A stretch of DNA of 64,000 bases from Candidatus Hydrogenedentota bacterium (GCA_034669905.1 JAXMOL010000017.1:64001-128000); one strand, 5' to 3'; numbered from the stretch's first letter, positions 29,337 through 40,803 are shown. Numbers and translations are program-made. Notes: generated from the letters alone by a model not told the origin.

Positions 29337-31121
29337 TTGGCCCAAAAACGATTTATCTGGCAGGTCTTTCCGGCCTTTCTGCTCATTACCCTTCTTTCTC
29401 TGGTGCTGGTCACCTTCTTCTTGACCCGCACCGTCGAGAAGCTCCATCTGGCGCAAACTGAAAAAGACCTTGTCGCACGGGCACGTCTGCTCGCTCCGCT
29501 AACCACCCAGTTCGCACAGGAAAGTGAGTTGGCGACGCTGCAGTCCCGCTGTGTCGCCCTGGGACAGGACTCGGCCACCCGCATCACCTTGATCCAATCC
29601 GACGGACACGTCGTCGCGGATTCCGATAAAATCCCGGATCAGATGAACAACCACGCGGACCGACCTGAAGTGCAGCAAGCGCTGGCCGGCGCGACGGGGC
29701 ACTCGCTCCGATTCAGCCAGACGGTTGATAAGCGAATGATGTATGTGGCCCTCCCGGCCTCCGAGAAAAGCAAAGACCTGATCATCCGCGTGGCGATACC
29801 CATCACGACGGTGGGTGACGTGCTGCGCACGGTCAACTTACAGATGGTTCTGGTCGTACTGGTCGTCACCTTGCTCGCAGCGGGACTGAGCTGGGTGGTA
29901 TCACGTCGGGTCGTCCGGCCGTTGGCGGAGCTCAAGGTGGGTGCGGAACGCTTCGCCCGGGGTGAGTTGGAGCACCCCCTTCCCATCCCCGAGTCCGAAG
30001 AATTTGCGAGCCTCAGCAACGCGTTGAATCAGATGGCCCATCAGCTGGCCAGCCACATTCAGGCGGTAGAACAACAGCGCAACGAGCAGGAAGCCGTGCT
30101 TTCCAGCATGATTGAGAGTGTGGTGGCCATCGATGCGGAACTACGCGTCATAACGGTCAACAATGCGGCCAGCGCGCTCCTCGGGTTGAGTCTCTCCGAC
30201 ATCAAGGGGCAGACCCTGCTTGAAGCCCTGCGCTCGACCCCGCTCCACGAATTCGCGCGCTGCGCCCTTTCGAGCAAATCGATGATCGAGCAGGAAATCC
30301 AGTTGGAAGCGCCCTCCCCCATCCTGTTGCGGGCACAGGGCACCGTCCTGCACGACAGCAACGGACACTCCATGGGGGCGGTTATCGTGTTGGAGAACAT
30401 CACGCGCCTCCGGCAGCTGGAGGAGGTACGGCAGGATTTTGTTGCCAATGTGTCCCATGAGCTGAAGACACCCATCACCTCCATCAAGGGATTCGTGGAG
30501 ACACTTCTGGATGACAGAACGGATTGGCCCGACGACACGCGTCATTTTCTGGGTATCATTGAGAAGCAGGCGAATCGGCTCGACGCCATCATTGATGATC
30601 TGCTGACCCTGTCGCGACTGGAACAGGGGAATGGTCGCACCACGTTGAAGCTGGGCGACTCTGCCGTCATCCAGACCATCGAGGCGGCGGCCGAATTGTG
30701 TCAGCACCGTGCGGACAGCCGGGGCGTCGAAATCCTCATCGAATGCCCGGAAGAGTTGGTGGCCCCCCTCAATGCCCCCTTGCTGGAACAGGGCCTGGTA
30801 AACTTAATCGACAACGCGGTGAAATACAGCGACGAGATGCAACAGGTCGTGGTGCGTGCCTATGTGGATGGGGACACCCTGGTCATTGACGTCATTGACC
30901 AGGGGTCGGGCATTCCGGCGGCGGATGTAGACCGAATCTTCGAACGCTTCTACCGGGTGGACCGTGCGCGCAGCCGCGATCTCGGCGGGACGGGTCTGGG
31001 ATTGTCGATTGTAAAACACATCGCGCAGGTCCACGGCGGTGCCGTCACGGTGGCAAGCGCTCCCGGCGAAGGAAGCACCTTCACCCTTCGCCTTCCCAGG
31101 ACGCCGCAAAGCGTAGCGTAA
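29337..31121 (+). CDS. phoR: PhoR-like sensor histidine kinase (HAMP, PAS)
   Basis: NHADRPEV, FVANVSHELKTPITSI and [27 protein letters not shown]. Confidence 0.85.
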   Translation: MAQKRFIWQVFPAFLLITLLSLVLVTFFLTRTVEKLHLAQTEKDLVARARLLAPLTTQFAQESELATLQSRCVALGQDSATRITLIQSDGHVVADSDKIPDQMNNHADRPEVQQALAGATGHSLRFSQTVDKRMMYVALPASEKSKDLIIRVAIPITTVGDVLRTVNLQMVLVVLVVTLLAAGLSWVVSRRVVRPLAELKVGAERFARGELEHPLPIPESEEFASLSNALNQMAHQLASHIQAVEQQRNEQEAVLSSMIESVVAIDAELRVITVNNAASALLGLSLSDIKGQTLLEALRSTPLHEFARCALSSKSMIEQEIQLEAPSPILLRAQGTVLHDSNGHSMGAVIVLENITRLRQLEEVRQDFVANVSHELKTPITSIKGFVETLLDDRTDWPDDTRHFLGIIEKQANRLDAIIDDLLTLSRLEQGNGRTTLKLGDSAVIQTIEAAAELCQHRADSRGVEILIECPEELVAPLNAPLLEQGLVNLIDNAVKYSDEMQQVVVRAYVDGDTLVIDVIDQGSGIPAADVDRIFERFYRVDRARSRDLGGTGLGLSIVKHIAQVHGGAVTVASAPGEGSTFTLRLPRTPQSVA

Positions 31122-31180
31122 TTCCTTCTAAGGTTGCAGACCTTCCCCATCACCGCACCCGCTCCCGTCAACACCCAAGA

Positions 31181-31223
31181 ATAATGCAGGCCTAATGTCG
31201 GCCTAATACGCGCCGCCTACCCT
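31181..31223 (+). promoter_or_regulatory. Candidate Pho-box-like triple repeat plus -10 element
   Basis: ATAATGCAGGC-CTAATGTCGGC-CTAATACGCGC (11-bp period), then TACCCT at 31218. Confidence 0.55.
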
Positions 31224-31382
31224 ATCACGGTGAGTGGTCACCCGGCGCAAGGTGGCCACTTTGGGAAGGGACAGGTGTGGGCAGCACAAGAACCCCGGGC
31301 TGGGCAGGCCCGCACCCTGAAACTTCCATGTCAACGAAGAGAACCATCTCCTATGAAAGCAGCGTTACGCTGTATTCACGAC

Positions 31383-32876
31383 ATGAAAGCGAAGAAACAC
31401 ATGAAATCAATGGGAACACGTGTGGGGCGTGTATGCTGTTTCGCCGCACTGGCCCTGGCGGGCTTTGGCTTCCACGCCGCAGCGGATGAAACCTCTCAAC
31501 GCGAGCAAGCGCTGATGGAGATAATCGAGTCGCTAAAGGAACGGGTTTCGGCCTTGGAGGCGCAGCAGGCTGCCCCCCAGGCGCCGGCAAGTTCGGGACT
31601 CAATGAGCGTGTAGAAGCACTGGAGACCGCCGTTGACACCCGAAAGGAAACAGCGGACAGTGACTTTCGCGTGTACTGGAAGAAGTCCCTTCGACTGGAA
31701 ACAGGGGACGGCCAGGCAAAACTCAAGCTGGGCGGTCAGATCCATAACGATTGGTATTGGTACGGTCAAGACCATAAATTTCGAGACATTATCGATCTGG
31801 AAGACGGCACGGAACTGCGTCGCGCCCGCCTCTATGTCTCGGGCACCTTCTACGAAAACCTTCGCTTTAAGGCGCAGTACGACTTTGCCGAAGGAGATGC
31901 TGATTTCAAGAGTGTATGGATTGAACTGACGAAGGTACCTGGTCTTCAGAATATCCGCGTTGGACAGTTTAAGGAACCCTTCAGTCTGGAAGAACGTGTC
32001 GCGGATAACGACATGACGTTTATGGAACGTGCCCTTCCCAATGCATTCGCCCCCAGCCGAAACACCGGTGCCATGATTCACGGTGCCTACCTCGGGGAGC
32101 CGGGTGAAGAGCGATTGACAACGGCCCTCGGTGTATTCCGCACCACGGACAGTTACGGCAATGATGCCACGGACGGTGGCTATGCCGGTACGGCCCGCAT
32201 CACCGGCCTGCCCTGGTATGAGGACGGTGGCAGACGGCTGCTTCACCTCGGCCTGGGCTACACGCACCGCAACGTGGGTGACACCCTTCGCATCCGCCAG
32301 CGTCCGGAATCCCACGGTGCGGACCGGCTCGTCGATACCGGCACGATGAACGTCCATGATATCGATGGGGCCGTGCTCGAAGGGGCACTGGTCTACGGCC
32401 CCTTCTCCCTTCAGGGCGAATACTTCCTCCACCAGGTAAATACGGTGGACCGGGGCGACCGGGATTTCGATGGTTTCTATGTGCAGGCGAGCTATGCGCT
32501 CACGGGCGAACATCGGCCCTATAAAAACAGCGAGGGTGAGTTTGGTCGAATCGTTCCTGAACGCAACTTTCGAATCCACGGTGATACACGTGGCTGGGGC
32601 GCCTGGGAGATAGCGTTGCGCTACTCCGCCATTGATTTGGATGACGGACACACGCGTTTCAGCGACCGACTCCTTGAGTTAAGTCGGGAGATCCGCGGTG
32701 GCGAAGAGCGCAATATTACGGTTGGCCTGAACTGGTACCTGAATCCAAATTCCCGCGTCATGTTGAACTACATTCATGCCTCGATTGAAAACAACAACCT
32801 TGGCACCGGGCGATTCTGGCGAGACAGGGACTACGACTTGGATATCATTCAGTCCCGTTTCCAGGTGGCCTTTTAA
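31383..32876 (+). CDS. Phosphate-selective porin (OprO/OprP family)
   Basis: RRARL, GQFKEPFSLE, FMERALP, LTGEHRPY, GAWEIALRYS, GLNWYLN and a terminal Phe. Start uncertain (31353-31401). Confidence 0.9.
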   Translation: MKAKKHMKSMGTRVGRVCCFAALALAGFGFHAAADETSQREQALMEIIESLKERVSALEAQQAAPQAPASSGLNERVEALETAVDTRKETADSDFRVYWKKSLRLETGDGQAKLKLGGQIHNDWYWYGQDHKFRDIIDLEDGTELRRARLYVSGTFYENLRFKAQYDFAEGDADFKSVWIELTKVPGLQNIRVGQFKEPFSLEERVADNDMTFMERALPNAFAPSRNTGAMIHGAYLGEPGEERLTTALGVFRTTDSYGNDATDGGYAGTARITGLPWYEDGGRRLLHLGLGYTHRNVGDTLRIRQRPESHGADRLVDTGTMNVHDIDGAVLEGALVYGPFSLQGEYFLHQVNTVDRGDRDFDGFYVQASYALTGEHRPYKNSEGEFGRIVPERNFRIHGDTRGWGAWEIALRYSAIDLDDGHTRFSDRLLELSREIRGGEERNITVGLNWYLNPNSRVMLNYIHASIENNNLGTGRFWRDRDYDLDIIQSRFQVAF

Positions 32877-32881
32877 ACGTC

Positions 32882-32982
32882 AACGCGAGCGATCCGATCG
32901 GGAAGGCATAATGACGCAGCATGCCGGGGCTCGGGCCCTACGGTTTGCTGCCGCCTTCCGGGTCGGATCGCGGCGTTTTTGT
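32882..32982 (+). terminator. Long nested hairpin followed by a T-tract (terminator or structured RNA)
   Basis: GCGATCCGATCGGGAAGGC pairs with GCCTTCCGGGTCGGATCGC; inner GCAGCA/TGCTGC and GGGC/GCCC stems; then TTTTTGT. Confidence 0.55.
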
Positions 32983-33126
32983 CCGGCGCGTAACGCGCCC
33001 CCCCCGGGACATCGCTCTGGCGTCTATTGCTGGTTTGCATCGCTGGACGCCAATCCAACATAATGCGCGTCATGGGACGGGATGGCGTTTACCCTTGGTG
33101 AAGCGCCCAAACATGGCGGATTTTCA

Positions 33127-34095
33127 ATGAAGAAACGAGGTTTTACACTCGTTGAATTACTTCTGGTCATCGCGATCATCGGTGTGCTGAGTGCCATACT
33201 TCTTCCGGCACTGGCGCGGGCTCGCGAGGCCGCTCGCCGGGCGGCATGCCAGAACAACATGAAGCAGTTTGGATTGGTTTTCCAGATGTACTCCAACGAG
33301 TCGGAAGGGGAGTATTTTCCGCCCCTTTCCCCCTACGGCAGCGTGCGCGCCGATCTCCGATCGAGTCCGCTCTGGAGCGCCCCCCAGGCCGCCACGATCC
33401 ACCCCGAATATCTCTCCGACCTCGCAGTGGCCCGGTGCCCTTCCGATAGTGGCGCCGATCCCGGCTGGCGCAGTGTGTTGGAGCGGGTCCCCAACGATGG
33501 GGGCACCTTTGATAGCTGGAAGGCCACTGCTCTCGCCGCCGATGATCCCATCTCCCACGACTATTTCCTCAGCGGGGAACTCAACCGTTCGTACGTCTAT
33601 AAGGGCTATGTCATCAATTCCGTGGCGGAGTTTTACGGATTCTGGGGTGCCAGTTCCATCAATGAGATACGGGGCGATGTGGCCATCGCGGGCGTGGGCA
33701 CGGTCCACCTGAAAAACTACGACGACGACCTGACCTTTGACTACAGTCCCTGGCCGCCCTGGGTACCCAACGTTCCCGAAGCCGAAGGTACGGCGGGGAG
33801 CGACCGCATCTTCCGCCTCCGTCAGGGCGTGGAGCGCTTTCTCATTACCGACATCAACGGCCCGGCGGGCGGGGCGCTTCGGGGGCAGAGTAACGTCCCT
33901 GTCCTTTGGGATACGTTCGGCAGCAGCGAATTCGGGGACAATGACGCGGGCACCATCACCTTCAACCACCTCCCTGGTGGCTGTAATGTGCTCTACATGG
34001 ATGGCCACGTGGAGTTTGTGAAATACGGGGAGAAGTTTCCGATTTCCAATGATGAGCAGGTGGTGAAAGAGAACAGCCACTACGGGCTCGGCTAA
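33127..34095 (+). CDS. Prepilin-type N-terminal cleavage/methylation protein (DUF1559-like, H-X9-DG motif)
   Basis: [17 protein letters not shown]...[21 protein letters not shown] at the N-terminus; [17 protein letters not shown] at the C-terminus. Confidence 0.9.
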   Translation: MKKRGFTLVELLLVIAIIGVLSAILLPALARAREAARRAACQNNMKQFGLVFQMYSNESEGEYFPPLSPYGSVRADLRSSPLWSAPQAATIHPEYLSDLAVARCPSDSGADPGWRSVLERVPNDGGTFDSWKATALAADDPISHDYFLSGELNRSYVYKGYVINSVAEFYGFWGASSINEIRGDVAIAGVGTVHLKNYDDDLTFDYSPWPPWVPNVPEAEGTAGSDRIFRLRQGVERFLITDINGPAGGALRGQSNVPVLWDTFGSSEFGDNDAGTITFNHLPGGCNVLYMDGHVEFVKYGEKFPISNDEQVVKENSHYGLG

Positions 34096-34117
34096 GGCTC
34101 CGAGGGGTTCACAATAG

Positions 34118-34151
34118 AAAAGCCCCCAACTGCCGGGTGGCACGGGGGCTT
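34118..34151. terminator. Intrinsic terminator between convergent genes
   Basis: AAAAGCCCCC...GGGGGCTT hairpin. Confidence 0.55.
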
Positions 34152-34176
34152 GATAAGAGGGGCTCGATCCGCTTTG

Positions 34177-35160
34177 CTATGCGCCCGCCACTTCCAGGGG
34201 CTGAAGGCCCAACTTGTCGAAGAGGGCTTTGTCGCGGTCCACGCCGGGGTTGGCGGTCGTGAGTAGTTTTTCACCGGCAAAGATGGAGTTGGCACCCGCG
34301 AGGAAACACAACGCCTGGGTTTCATCCGACATGGCGGTGCGTCCTGCGCTGAGGCGGACCATGCTGGTGGGCATGGCGATGCGTGCGGTGGCAATCATAC
34401 GGACCATGACGATGGGGTCGATGGGCTCCTGCTTTTCGAGGGGCGTACCTTCTACCGCCACGAGGGCGTTGATGGGCACGCTCTCCGGATGGGGATCGTG
34501 GCCCGCGAGTACGGCCAGCATGGCGATGCGGTCTTTCACCGTCTCCCCCATACCCACGATACCACCGGAACAGACGGTGACGCCCGCTTTGCGCACATTT
34601 TGAATGGTCTGAAGGCGGTCGTCATAGGTGCGGGTCGAAATAATCTTCTCGTAGTATTCGGGCCCCGTGTCGAGGTTGTGGTTATAGGCATCGAGACCGG
34701 CTTCGGCAAGGCGTTTGGCCTGATCTTCGTTGACCATACCAAGGGTGCAGCAGGCTTCCATGCCGAGGGCCTTCACGCCGCGTACCATTTCCAGGACCTG
34801 GTCAAACTGTTCGCCGTCCCGCACTTCGCGCCAGGCCGCGCCCATGCAGAAGCGGGTGGAGCCACTGTCTTTGGCGGCTTTGGCGGCTTCGAGGGCCCCC
34901 TCCACGTCGATGAGGGGCTCTTTGTCCAGGTCCGTGTTGTAGTGGGCGGACTGGGGACAATAGGAACAATCTTCCGGGCAGGCGCCCGTCTTGATGCTCA
35001 ACAGGGTGCATTGCTGGACCTTGTTGGGGTCGTGAAACTGGCGGTGGAGCGTCTGGGCCTGGAAGACGAGCTCGGTGAGCGGCAAGTCATAAATGGCCTG
35101 TAATTCGGCTTCGGTCCAGTCGTGACGGAGGGTGTGGGTTTGGTCGCTGTGGGGATTCAT
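34177..35160 (-). CDS. bioB: Biotin synthase
   Basis: CPEDCSYC radical SAM motif, [22 protein letters not shown] and VRLSAGR. Confidence 0.97.
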   Translation of the reverse strand: MNPHSDQTHTLRHDWTEAELQAIYDLPLTELVFQAQTLHRQFHDPNKVQQCTLLSIKTGACPEDCSYCPQSAHYNTDLDKEPLIDVEGALEAAKAAKDSGSTRFCMGAAWREVRDGEQFDQVLEMVRGVKALGMEACCTLGMVNEDQAKRLAEAGLDAYNHNLDTGPEYYEKIISTRTYDDRLQTIQNVRKAGVTVCSGGIVGMGETVKDRIAMLAVLAGHDPHPESVPINALVAVEGTPLEKQEPIDPIVMVRMIATARIAMPTSMVRLSAGRTAMSDETQALCFLAGANSIFAGEKLLTTANPGVDRDKALFDKLGLQPLEVAGA

Positions 35161-35278
35161 TATGACGAACTACTCCTGAGGGGATAGTGATTTTCCGGTT
35201 GCAGGCGACAAGGATAGCATGTTTGGAGGCCCCGGTGCCTCTTGGGGGTCTTCGCCGGAGCTACCCCGCCACGACGTC

Positions 35279-36160
35279 TCAGCGCGGCCGAATCATCCGT
35301 ACGGACCAATCGGCGACGGTGAAGGTGGCGGGCAGGTGTCCTGCGGGGTCGCCATCTATCTGCATGCGCACCGCTTCCGCCTCGGCGGCGGGCGAAAGAC
35401 GGATTGCTTCGCCCTGGCGATAGTCAATCCAGGGGGCCTCCACGAAACTCGGACGCCAGACACGGGCAAGCAGCCAGAGCAGGCGCGGCCAGCTGAGTCC
35501 CCGCATGACACAGACATCCAGGCGGTGGTCGCCGATTTCGGCGCGGGGTGTGGCGGGGAAGATGCCCGCGGAGTAACGGCAGTTCCCCACAATGACGTAG
35601 TCGGCGTCGGTGGCCACTTCCACCCCGTCGACTTCGACGCGTATTTTCGGGTAGTCATATTGGAGCAGGACGCGCAAGGCGGGTAGCACCCACTTGAGCA
35701 GGCTGGATTTCTTTCCTCGTCCCGTATGGACCGCGTAGGCGACGGCCGCATCCAGACCGGCCCCCGCGCCCAGGAGGAAACGCTGGCTATCGTGGAGGCC
35801 AACATCCATCGCCACGGCCTCTCCCGCGACGATCGTATCGGCTATGAAGTCGGCATCCGGTTTCATACCCAACTCTCGTGCGACGACATTGGCGGTGCCC
35901 ACGGGCAGTATGGCCAGGGCCGTATAGGCGCCCTCCGGCATCCCATTCAGCACCTCGTTCAAGGTGCCGTCGCCCCCAACGACCGCGAAAACATCGGCCT
36001 TGGCACGGCCCGCCTCTGCCCGGGCGTCACCTGCCTGCCCGGTGCAAAAGAGTGTGGCATCCAGCCCCCGTTTCTCGAGGGCGCGCACGAGGGCGTGGGC
36101 CTGCACGAGGCCCTTTCCCCCTCCCGCTACCGGGTTCGCGATAAGGTGTACGGCTGGCAT
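35279..36160 (-). CDS. Diacylglycerol kinase-family lipid kinase (YegS/DagK-like)
   Basis: NPVAGGG, GGDGTLNEV, PVGTANV and QIDGD motifs. Confidence 0.9.
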   Translation of the reverse strand: MPAVHLIANPVAGGGKGLVQAHALVRALEKRGLDATLFCTGQAGDARAEAGRAKADVFAVVGGDGTLNEVLNGMPEGAYTALAILPVGTANVVARELGMKPDADFIADTIVAGEAVAMDVGLHDSQRFLLGAGAGLDAAVAYAVHTGRGKKSSLLKWVLPALRVLLQYDYPKIRVEVDGVEVATDADYVIVGNCRYSAGIFPATPRAEIGDHRLDVCVMRGLSWPRLLWLLARVWRPSFVEAPWIDYRQGEAIRLSPAAEAEAVRMQIDGDPAGHLPATFTVADWSVRMIRPR

Positions 36161-36344
36161 GGAAGGTAGTGCTCCTTGTTCCGAAGAAGAATCTCCGGCT
36201 CCCCAGTCTATCGAATGATTCCCGGACAATGCGAATGGCCGAAATGTAACGCATGGTTCCCATCGTTGCAGCAGCGAAACCTTCGATTCCGCGGACCAAT
36301 GCGGTATGATACCCCTTCCAGCCACTACGTCAGGACAGGAATCA

Positions 36345-39236
36345 ATGAACCTACTCGGTAAGTTTACGCTCGCACTGCTGCTTTGCGGCCTGGCACCGCT
36401 CCTGCTGGGTACGCTGTTGACCCACACCATAACGAAGCGGGCGCTTCAACATACGGAGCAGCAGGCCCGGGATGCGCTGGAGCAGAAGGCGAAAGAGCAT
36501 GTCACCTCCCTCGTGCGGGCCGAGGGCGAACACCTTCAGACCTTCATCCGGGGCATTGCCAATGAGACGCAGATCCTCAGTCGCACCGGGCGTCTGGGCT
36601 ATCTGTTGGAGAGCGGTGCCTTTTACCGCTTTGCGGACGAGCTGGGCCCCTCCTTTAACCCGGAGGCTGCCCGGGAAGAACTGGCTCGCCGCTATGCGGA
36701 ACCCCGTCACCGAGTCAACGCCCCCACGGGCACCGTAGCCCGTCCCGTCCTCCCCCCGATATTGGAGACCCACCTCAACGCGCTCAGCGACAATGCGCTG
36801 GCCGTGCAGCAGTACCATGTTTCATCGGGCCCAAGGATGCCGCGCCCCCCCCGGGAGTCGGAACTGCCCACCCAATATGGGGATATTCACCGTCAGCTGG
36901 ACTTTTTCTGGCCCGCGGCCATGGCCCACCTGGGTTACCAGGATATGCTGCTGGTGGATGGAGAACGGGGCGACATCGTGTACTCCGTATCCCGGGGCAT
37001 CGATTTTGGTGCTTCGCTGGTGGAGGGCCCCCTGGCGGATTCGGCGGCGGCACGGGCCTACCAACGGGTCTGGGAAGAGGATGACGGTCGCCTGGTATTT
37101 GAGGACGTGGCCCCCTACTATCCCATCCCCGGTGAACCCGTGTGTTTTGTGGGTGCGCCCGTGCTGATGCAGGGGCGAAAGGTGGGCGTGGCCCTCTTCA
37201 TCCTCACCCTGGACCGCTTCGATGCCATCCTCAATACCAGTGCCCCCCTGGAAGGTAACAGCGCCATGTACCTGGTCGGCCCGGACTACCGCCCCCGCTC
37301 GCGACTGGACTTGCTGCGTTCGGCCCAGACCGACGGGGAAGCCACGGAGGCTGCGCCGACCATTGATATCGAGCCCGGTCGGGCCGTATTGCGGCGCAGT
37401 GGTGGTGGCCCACCGCCCCCGCCCGATGACGGAACCCGCCTGGACACGGAGCCCGCACGGACGGTGTTTCATCTGGGGACCATGGGCAACGGTATCTACC
37501 AGGGCCCTTCGGGCGAAGAAGCCTTCGTGGCCTACGCCCCGGTGGACGTGTTGGGGGTTACCTGGGCGCTCATCGCCCAGGTCGATACGGAAACCGCCTT
37601 CGCCGCCGTCCGTGAGATGCAGGAATCTTCGGCATTCTACATCAATCGCATGCTCTATCTGGGCGACTTTATTGTCATCGCGGCCATTCTCATTCTGTGC
37701 TTTGTGGCCGACTATCTGGCGAAGCCCATTGTGCGTCCCTTGCGCTCCACGGTGGCCATTCTCAAGGGCATGGTCGAAGGAGAAGACGCGCTGAATCAGC
37801 GGCTGGTCGTGCGCGGAAAAGACGAGGTGGCTGAGTTGGCGAGCGCCTTCAACCGATTCATGGACAAACTCCAGCTACTCTACGAGTCCCTTGAAAAAGA
37901 GATTGCCGAACGAAAATCGGCGCAGGAAGAAGTGGAGCGAAGCCAGCAGTATTACAAGGCCCTGATTGAATATGCGCCCGACGTAATCGTGGTATTCGAT
38001 GAAGCGCGGCGCCCCCTCTTTGTCAGTCCGGCCTTTCAGCGCACCTTTGGCTACCACGCCGACGAAATTATCGGGCGCAGCCTTCAGGAACTGATTCATC
38101 CCGACGACCTGGAAAGCCTGGTGAAGACGGAAGCTGAAGCGAAAAAGAATCCGGGGGTTCCCACCCACTCGGAGTATCGAATCCGGCACAAAGATGGCCA
38201 CTGGGTGGACGTTTCCTCGGTGGGCACCAACTACGCCGAAGATACGTCGATTGCCGGCGTGGTTGTGAACCTGCGCGACATAACGCGGCGCAAGGAGGCG
38301 GACCGCATTCTCCGTGAATACAGCGCGACCCTGGAACGGGATGTGGCCGAACGAACCATCGAATTGCAGCAGAATCGGGATGAATTGGCCCACGCCCTCG
38401 GGGAACTCCGCAGTACGCAAGATAAGCTGGTGCTGAACGAGAAGATGGCCTCATTGGGTGCCCTGACGGCGGGGATCGCCCACGAAATCAAGAACCCACT
38501 CAATTTTGTGACGAATTTTGCGGAGTTAACGGCTGAACTGGCGGAAGAACTGGCGGAGGAGATGGCACCACTCCGGGACACCCTGGACGACGCGGTGCGC
38601 ACCAGCCTGGACGAATTGCTCCAGGATATTCAGCAGAACAGTAGAAAGATCGAGGAGCACGGCAAACGGGCGGACAGCATCGTGAAATCCATGCTGCTCC
38701 ACTCTCGGGGGAAGAAGGATGCCCGTCAACCCACGGATGTGAATGCCCTGCTGGAAGAGTACGTGCAACTTTCCTATCATGGCATGCGTGCCCAGGACAG
38801 CACGTTTAACATTGAATTGGATGTTCAATTGGCGGAAGACCTGCCGTTGATGGATGTGGTGCCCCAGGATTTGGCCCGGGTATTTCTCAATATTCTGAAC
38901 AACGGCTGCTACGCGACCCAGCAGCGGAAGAAGGAAGAGAACGACACTTTCCAGCCCAAACTCACCGTCCGCACCGAACGCGCCGGGGATCACGTGCTGG
39001 TCCGTATCCGCGACAATGGCCCCGGGATGACGCCGGAAATCATCGATAAGATTTTCACTCCGTTCTTTACGACCAAACCCGCGGGCTCCGGGACGGGGCT
39101 GGGGCTCTCGATCAGCTACGACATTGTCGTTCAGGAGCACCATGGTGAATTGCGGGTCGCGTCCGAACCGGGCGAGTACACGGAATTTCAGATAGTGCTT
39201 CCCCTCGGTGAACACACACGGGAGTCAGGTTCATGA
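36345..39236 (+). CDS. Sensor histidine kinase (Cache-like, HAMP, PAS, NtrB-type kinase)
   Basis: Two TM helices, HAMP (DEVAELA..FN), PAS (IHPDD), [23 protein letters not shown] and [16 protein letters not shown]. Confidence 0.92.
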   Translation: MNLLGKFTLALLLCGLAPLLLGTLLTHTITKRALQHTEQQARDALEQKAKEHVTSLVRAEGEHLQTFIRGIANETQILSRTGRLGYLLESGAFYRFADELGPSFNPEAAREELARRYAEPRHRVNAPTGTVARPVLPPILETHLNALSDNALAVQQYHVSSGPRMPRPPRESELPTQYGDIHRQLDFFWPAAMAHLGYQDMLLVDGERGDIVYSVSRGIDFGASLVEGPLADSAAARAYQRVWEEDDGRLVFEDVAPYYPIPGEPVCFVGAPVLMQGRKVGVALFILTLDRFDAILNTSAPLEGNSAMYLVGPDYRPRSRLDLLRSAQTDGEATEAAPTIDIEPGRAVLRRSGGGPPPPPDDGTRLDTEPARTVFHLGTMGNGIYQGPSGEEAFVAYAPVDVLGVTWALIAQVDTETAFAAVREMQESSAFYINRMLYLGDFIVIAAILILCFVADYLAKPIVRPLRSTVAILKGMVEGEDALNQRLVVRGKDEVAELASAFNRFMDKLQLLYESLEKEIAERKSAQEEVERSQQYYKALIEYAPDVIVVFDEARRPLFVSPAFQRTFGYHADEIIGRSLQELIHPDDLESLVKTEAEAKKNPGVPTHSEYRIRHKDGHWVDVSSVGTNYAEDTSIAGVVVNLRDITRRKEADRILREYSATLERDVAERTIELQQNRDELAHALGELRSTQDKLVLNEKMASLGALTAGIAHEIKNPLNFVTNFAELTAELAEELAEEMAPLRDTLDDAVRTSLDELLQDIQQNSRKIEEHGKRADSIVKSMLLHSRGKKDARQPTDVNALLEEYVQLSYHGMRAQDSTFNIELDVQLAEDLPLMDVVPQDLARVFLNILNNGCYATQQRKKEENDTFQPKLTVRTERAGDHVLVRIRDNGPGMTPEIIDKIFTPFFTTKPAGSGTGLGLSISYDIVVQEHHGELRVASEPGEYTEFQIVLPLGEHTRESGS

Positions 39237-39616
39237 TGTTGGTAATGGTTGTGGATGACGAGGCCGATATTGGCCTGTTGTTCAAGCAGCAATTCCGCAA
39301 AGAAATCCGGCGGGGAGAAATCCAGTTTCATTTCGCCCTGGACGGCGATGAGGCCCTGAAGATGCTTGAGGGCGACTTGGGTACTGATCTGGTCCTCATA
39401 CTTTCAGACATTAACATGCCGGGTATGGGCGGGCTGGATTTGCTTCAGGCCATCAAAGCGGTTCGGGACGATTTGCCGGTCTTTATGATCACCGCGTATG
39501 ATGATAAGTCCACCTACAATGAAGCGATGGCACGTGGTGCCAACGATTACATCACCAAACCCATCGATTTTCCTGCCCTGAAAGAAAAAATGGAAGCCAT
39601 AAGGAACCGCGCGTGA
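39233..39616 (+). CDS. Single-domain response regulator
   Basis: VVDDE, SDINMPGM, TAY and TKPIDF; ATGA coupling to the kinase. Confidence 0.92.
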   Translation: MMLVMVVDDEADIGLLFKQQFRKEIRRGEIQFHFALDGDEALKMLEGDLGTDLVLILSDINMPGMGGLDLLQAIKAVRDDLPVFMITAYDDKSTYNEAMARGANDYITKPIDFPALKEKMEAIRNRA

Positions 39617-40800
39617 CACACGCTACGCCCACTCCTATCCGCCTGCTTGTCGTGGACGACGAACCTGATCTTGAAACGCTGATCCGGCAGAAATTTCGCA
39701 AACGAATCCGTCAGGGCGAATATGATGTCACCTTTGCAGGTAATGGGAAGGAAGCCCTGGAAGCCCTGGGCAAGGACCACGACATTGATATTATTCTCAC
39801 GGACATCAATATGCCCGTGATGGATGGGCTCACCCTCCTGGCACGGCTTGCGGAACGGGATGAACTCTTCAAGGCGGTGGTTATCTCGGCCTACGGGGAC
39901 ATGGACAACATCCGCACGGCGATGAACCGGGGCGCCTTTGATTTCATCACGAAGCCCATCGATTTCGTGGATCTGGAAATTACGATCGAAAAAACGGCGG
40001 GCGAGATTCTGAAGCTGAAGGAAGGTCGGGAAGCGACGAAACGGTTGATCGCCGTCGGCCATGAACTGGAAGTGGCCGCCCGAATTCAGGAATCCATCTT
40101 ACCCAAGACCTTCCCCCCCTTTCCCAACCGCCCCGAGTTTGAGATCTATGCGGCCATGACACCGGCCAAGCAGGTGGGGGGCGATTTTTACGACTTTTTC
40201 TTTATCGATGCGCACCACCTCGCGTTTGTGGTGGGCGATGTGTCGGGCAAAGGCGTTCCGGCGGCCCTTTTTATGGCGGTCTGCCGCACCCTGATTAAGG
40301 CCACGGCACTCCATGAACACGCGCCCGACGCCTGCCTGAATCGGGTCAATCAACTCCTCTTCGCGGAGAATTCCGCCGACCTTTTCGTCACGGTTTTCTA
40401 CGCCGTCCTCGATACCCGCACGGGAGAGGTAGCCTATTGCAACGCGGGTCACAACACGCCGTACTGGATTCGCTGCAACGGCGACGGGCCAACCGCGCTG
40501 GAGAATCAAGGCGGTATTGTTCTGGGCGTTATGGACGACGTGGCATACCGACGTGACACCCTGACCCTGAAAAAGGGAGAGTGCCTCTTTCTCTATACCG
40601 ACGGGGTGACCGAGGCGATGAATCAGGACAATGCCCTCTTCAATGATCGCCGTCTTGTTGAGCGGCTTAGCCTGTCCGATACGGCGCCACTGAACGAGAT
40701 GGCCGACTGTGTGGTCGAGGGGATTCATGCCTTCACCCAGAACCACCCCCAGCATGATGACATTACGATGCTGGCGGTGCGCTATGCGGGTACGGACTGA
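39613..40800 (+). CDS. Response regulator with PP2C/SpoIIE phosphatase domain (RsbU-like)
   Basis: Receiver domain plus VGGDFYD, GDVSGKGVPAA, YTDGVTEA and DDIT. Confidence 0.92.
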   Translation: MTHATPTPIRLLVVDDEPDLETLIRQKFRKRIRQGEYDVTFAGNGKEALEALGKDHDIDIILTDINMPVMDGLTLLARLAERDELFKAVVISAYGDMDNIRTAMNRGAFDFITKPIDFVDLEITIEKTAGEILKLKEGREATKRLIAVGHELEVAARIQESILPKTFPPFPNRPEFEIYAAMTPAKQVGGDFYDFFFIDAHHLAFVVGDVSGKGVPAALFMAVCRTLIKATALHEHAPDACLNRVNQLLFAENSADLFVTVFYAVLDTRTGEVAYCNAGHNTPYWIRCNGDGPTALENQGGIVLGVMDDVAYRRDTLTLKKGECLFLYTDGVTEAMNQDNALFNDRRLVERLSLSDTAPLNEMADCVVEGIHAFTQNHPQHDDITMLAVRYAGTD

Positions 40801-40803
40801 CCC

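Noticed and set aside
34177..35160. Isolated bioB as the missing AmmeMemoRadiSam radical SAM partner
   Set aside because: It has canonical biotin synthase motifs and lies more than 30 kb from amrAB.
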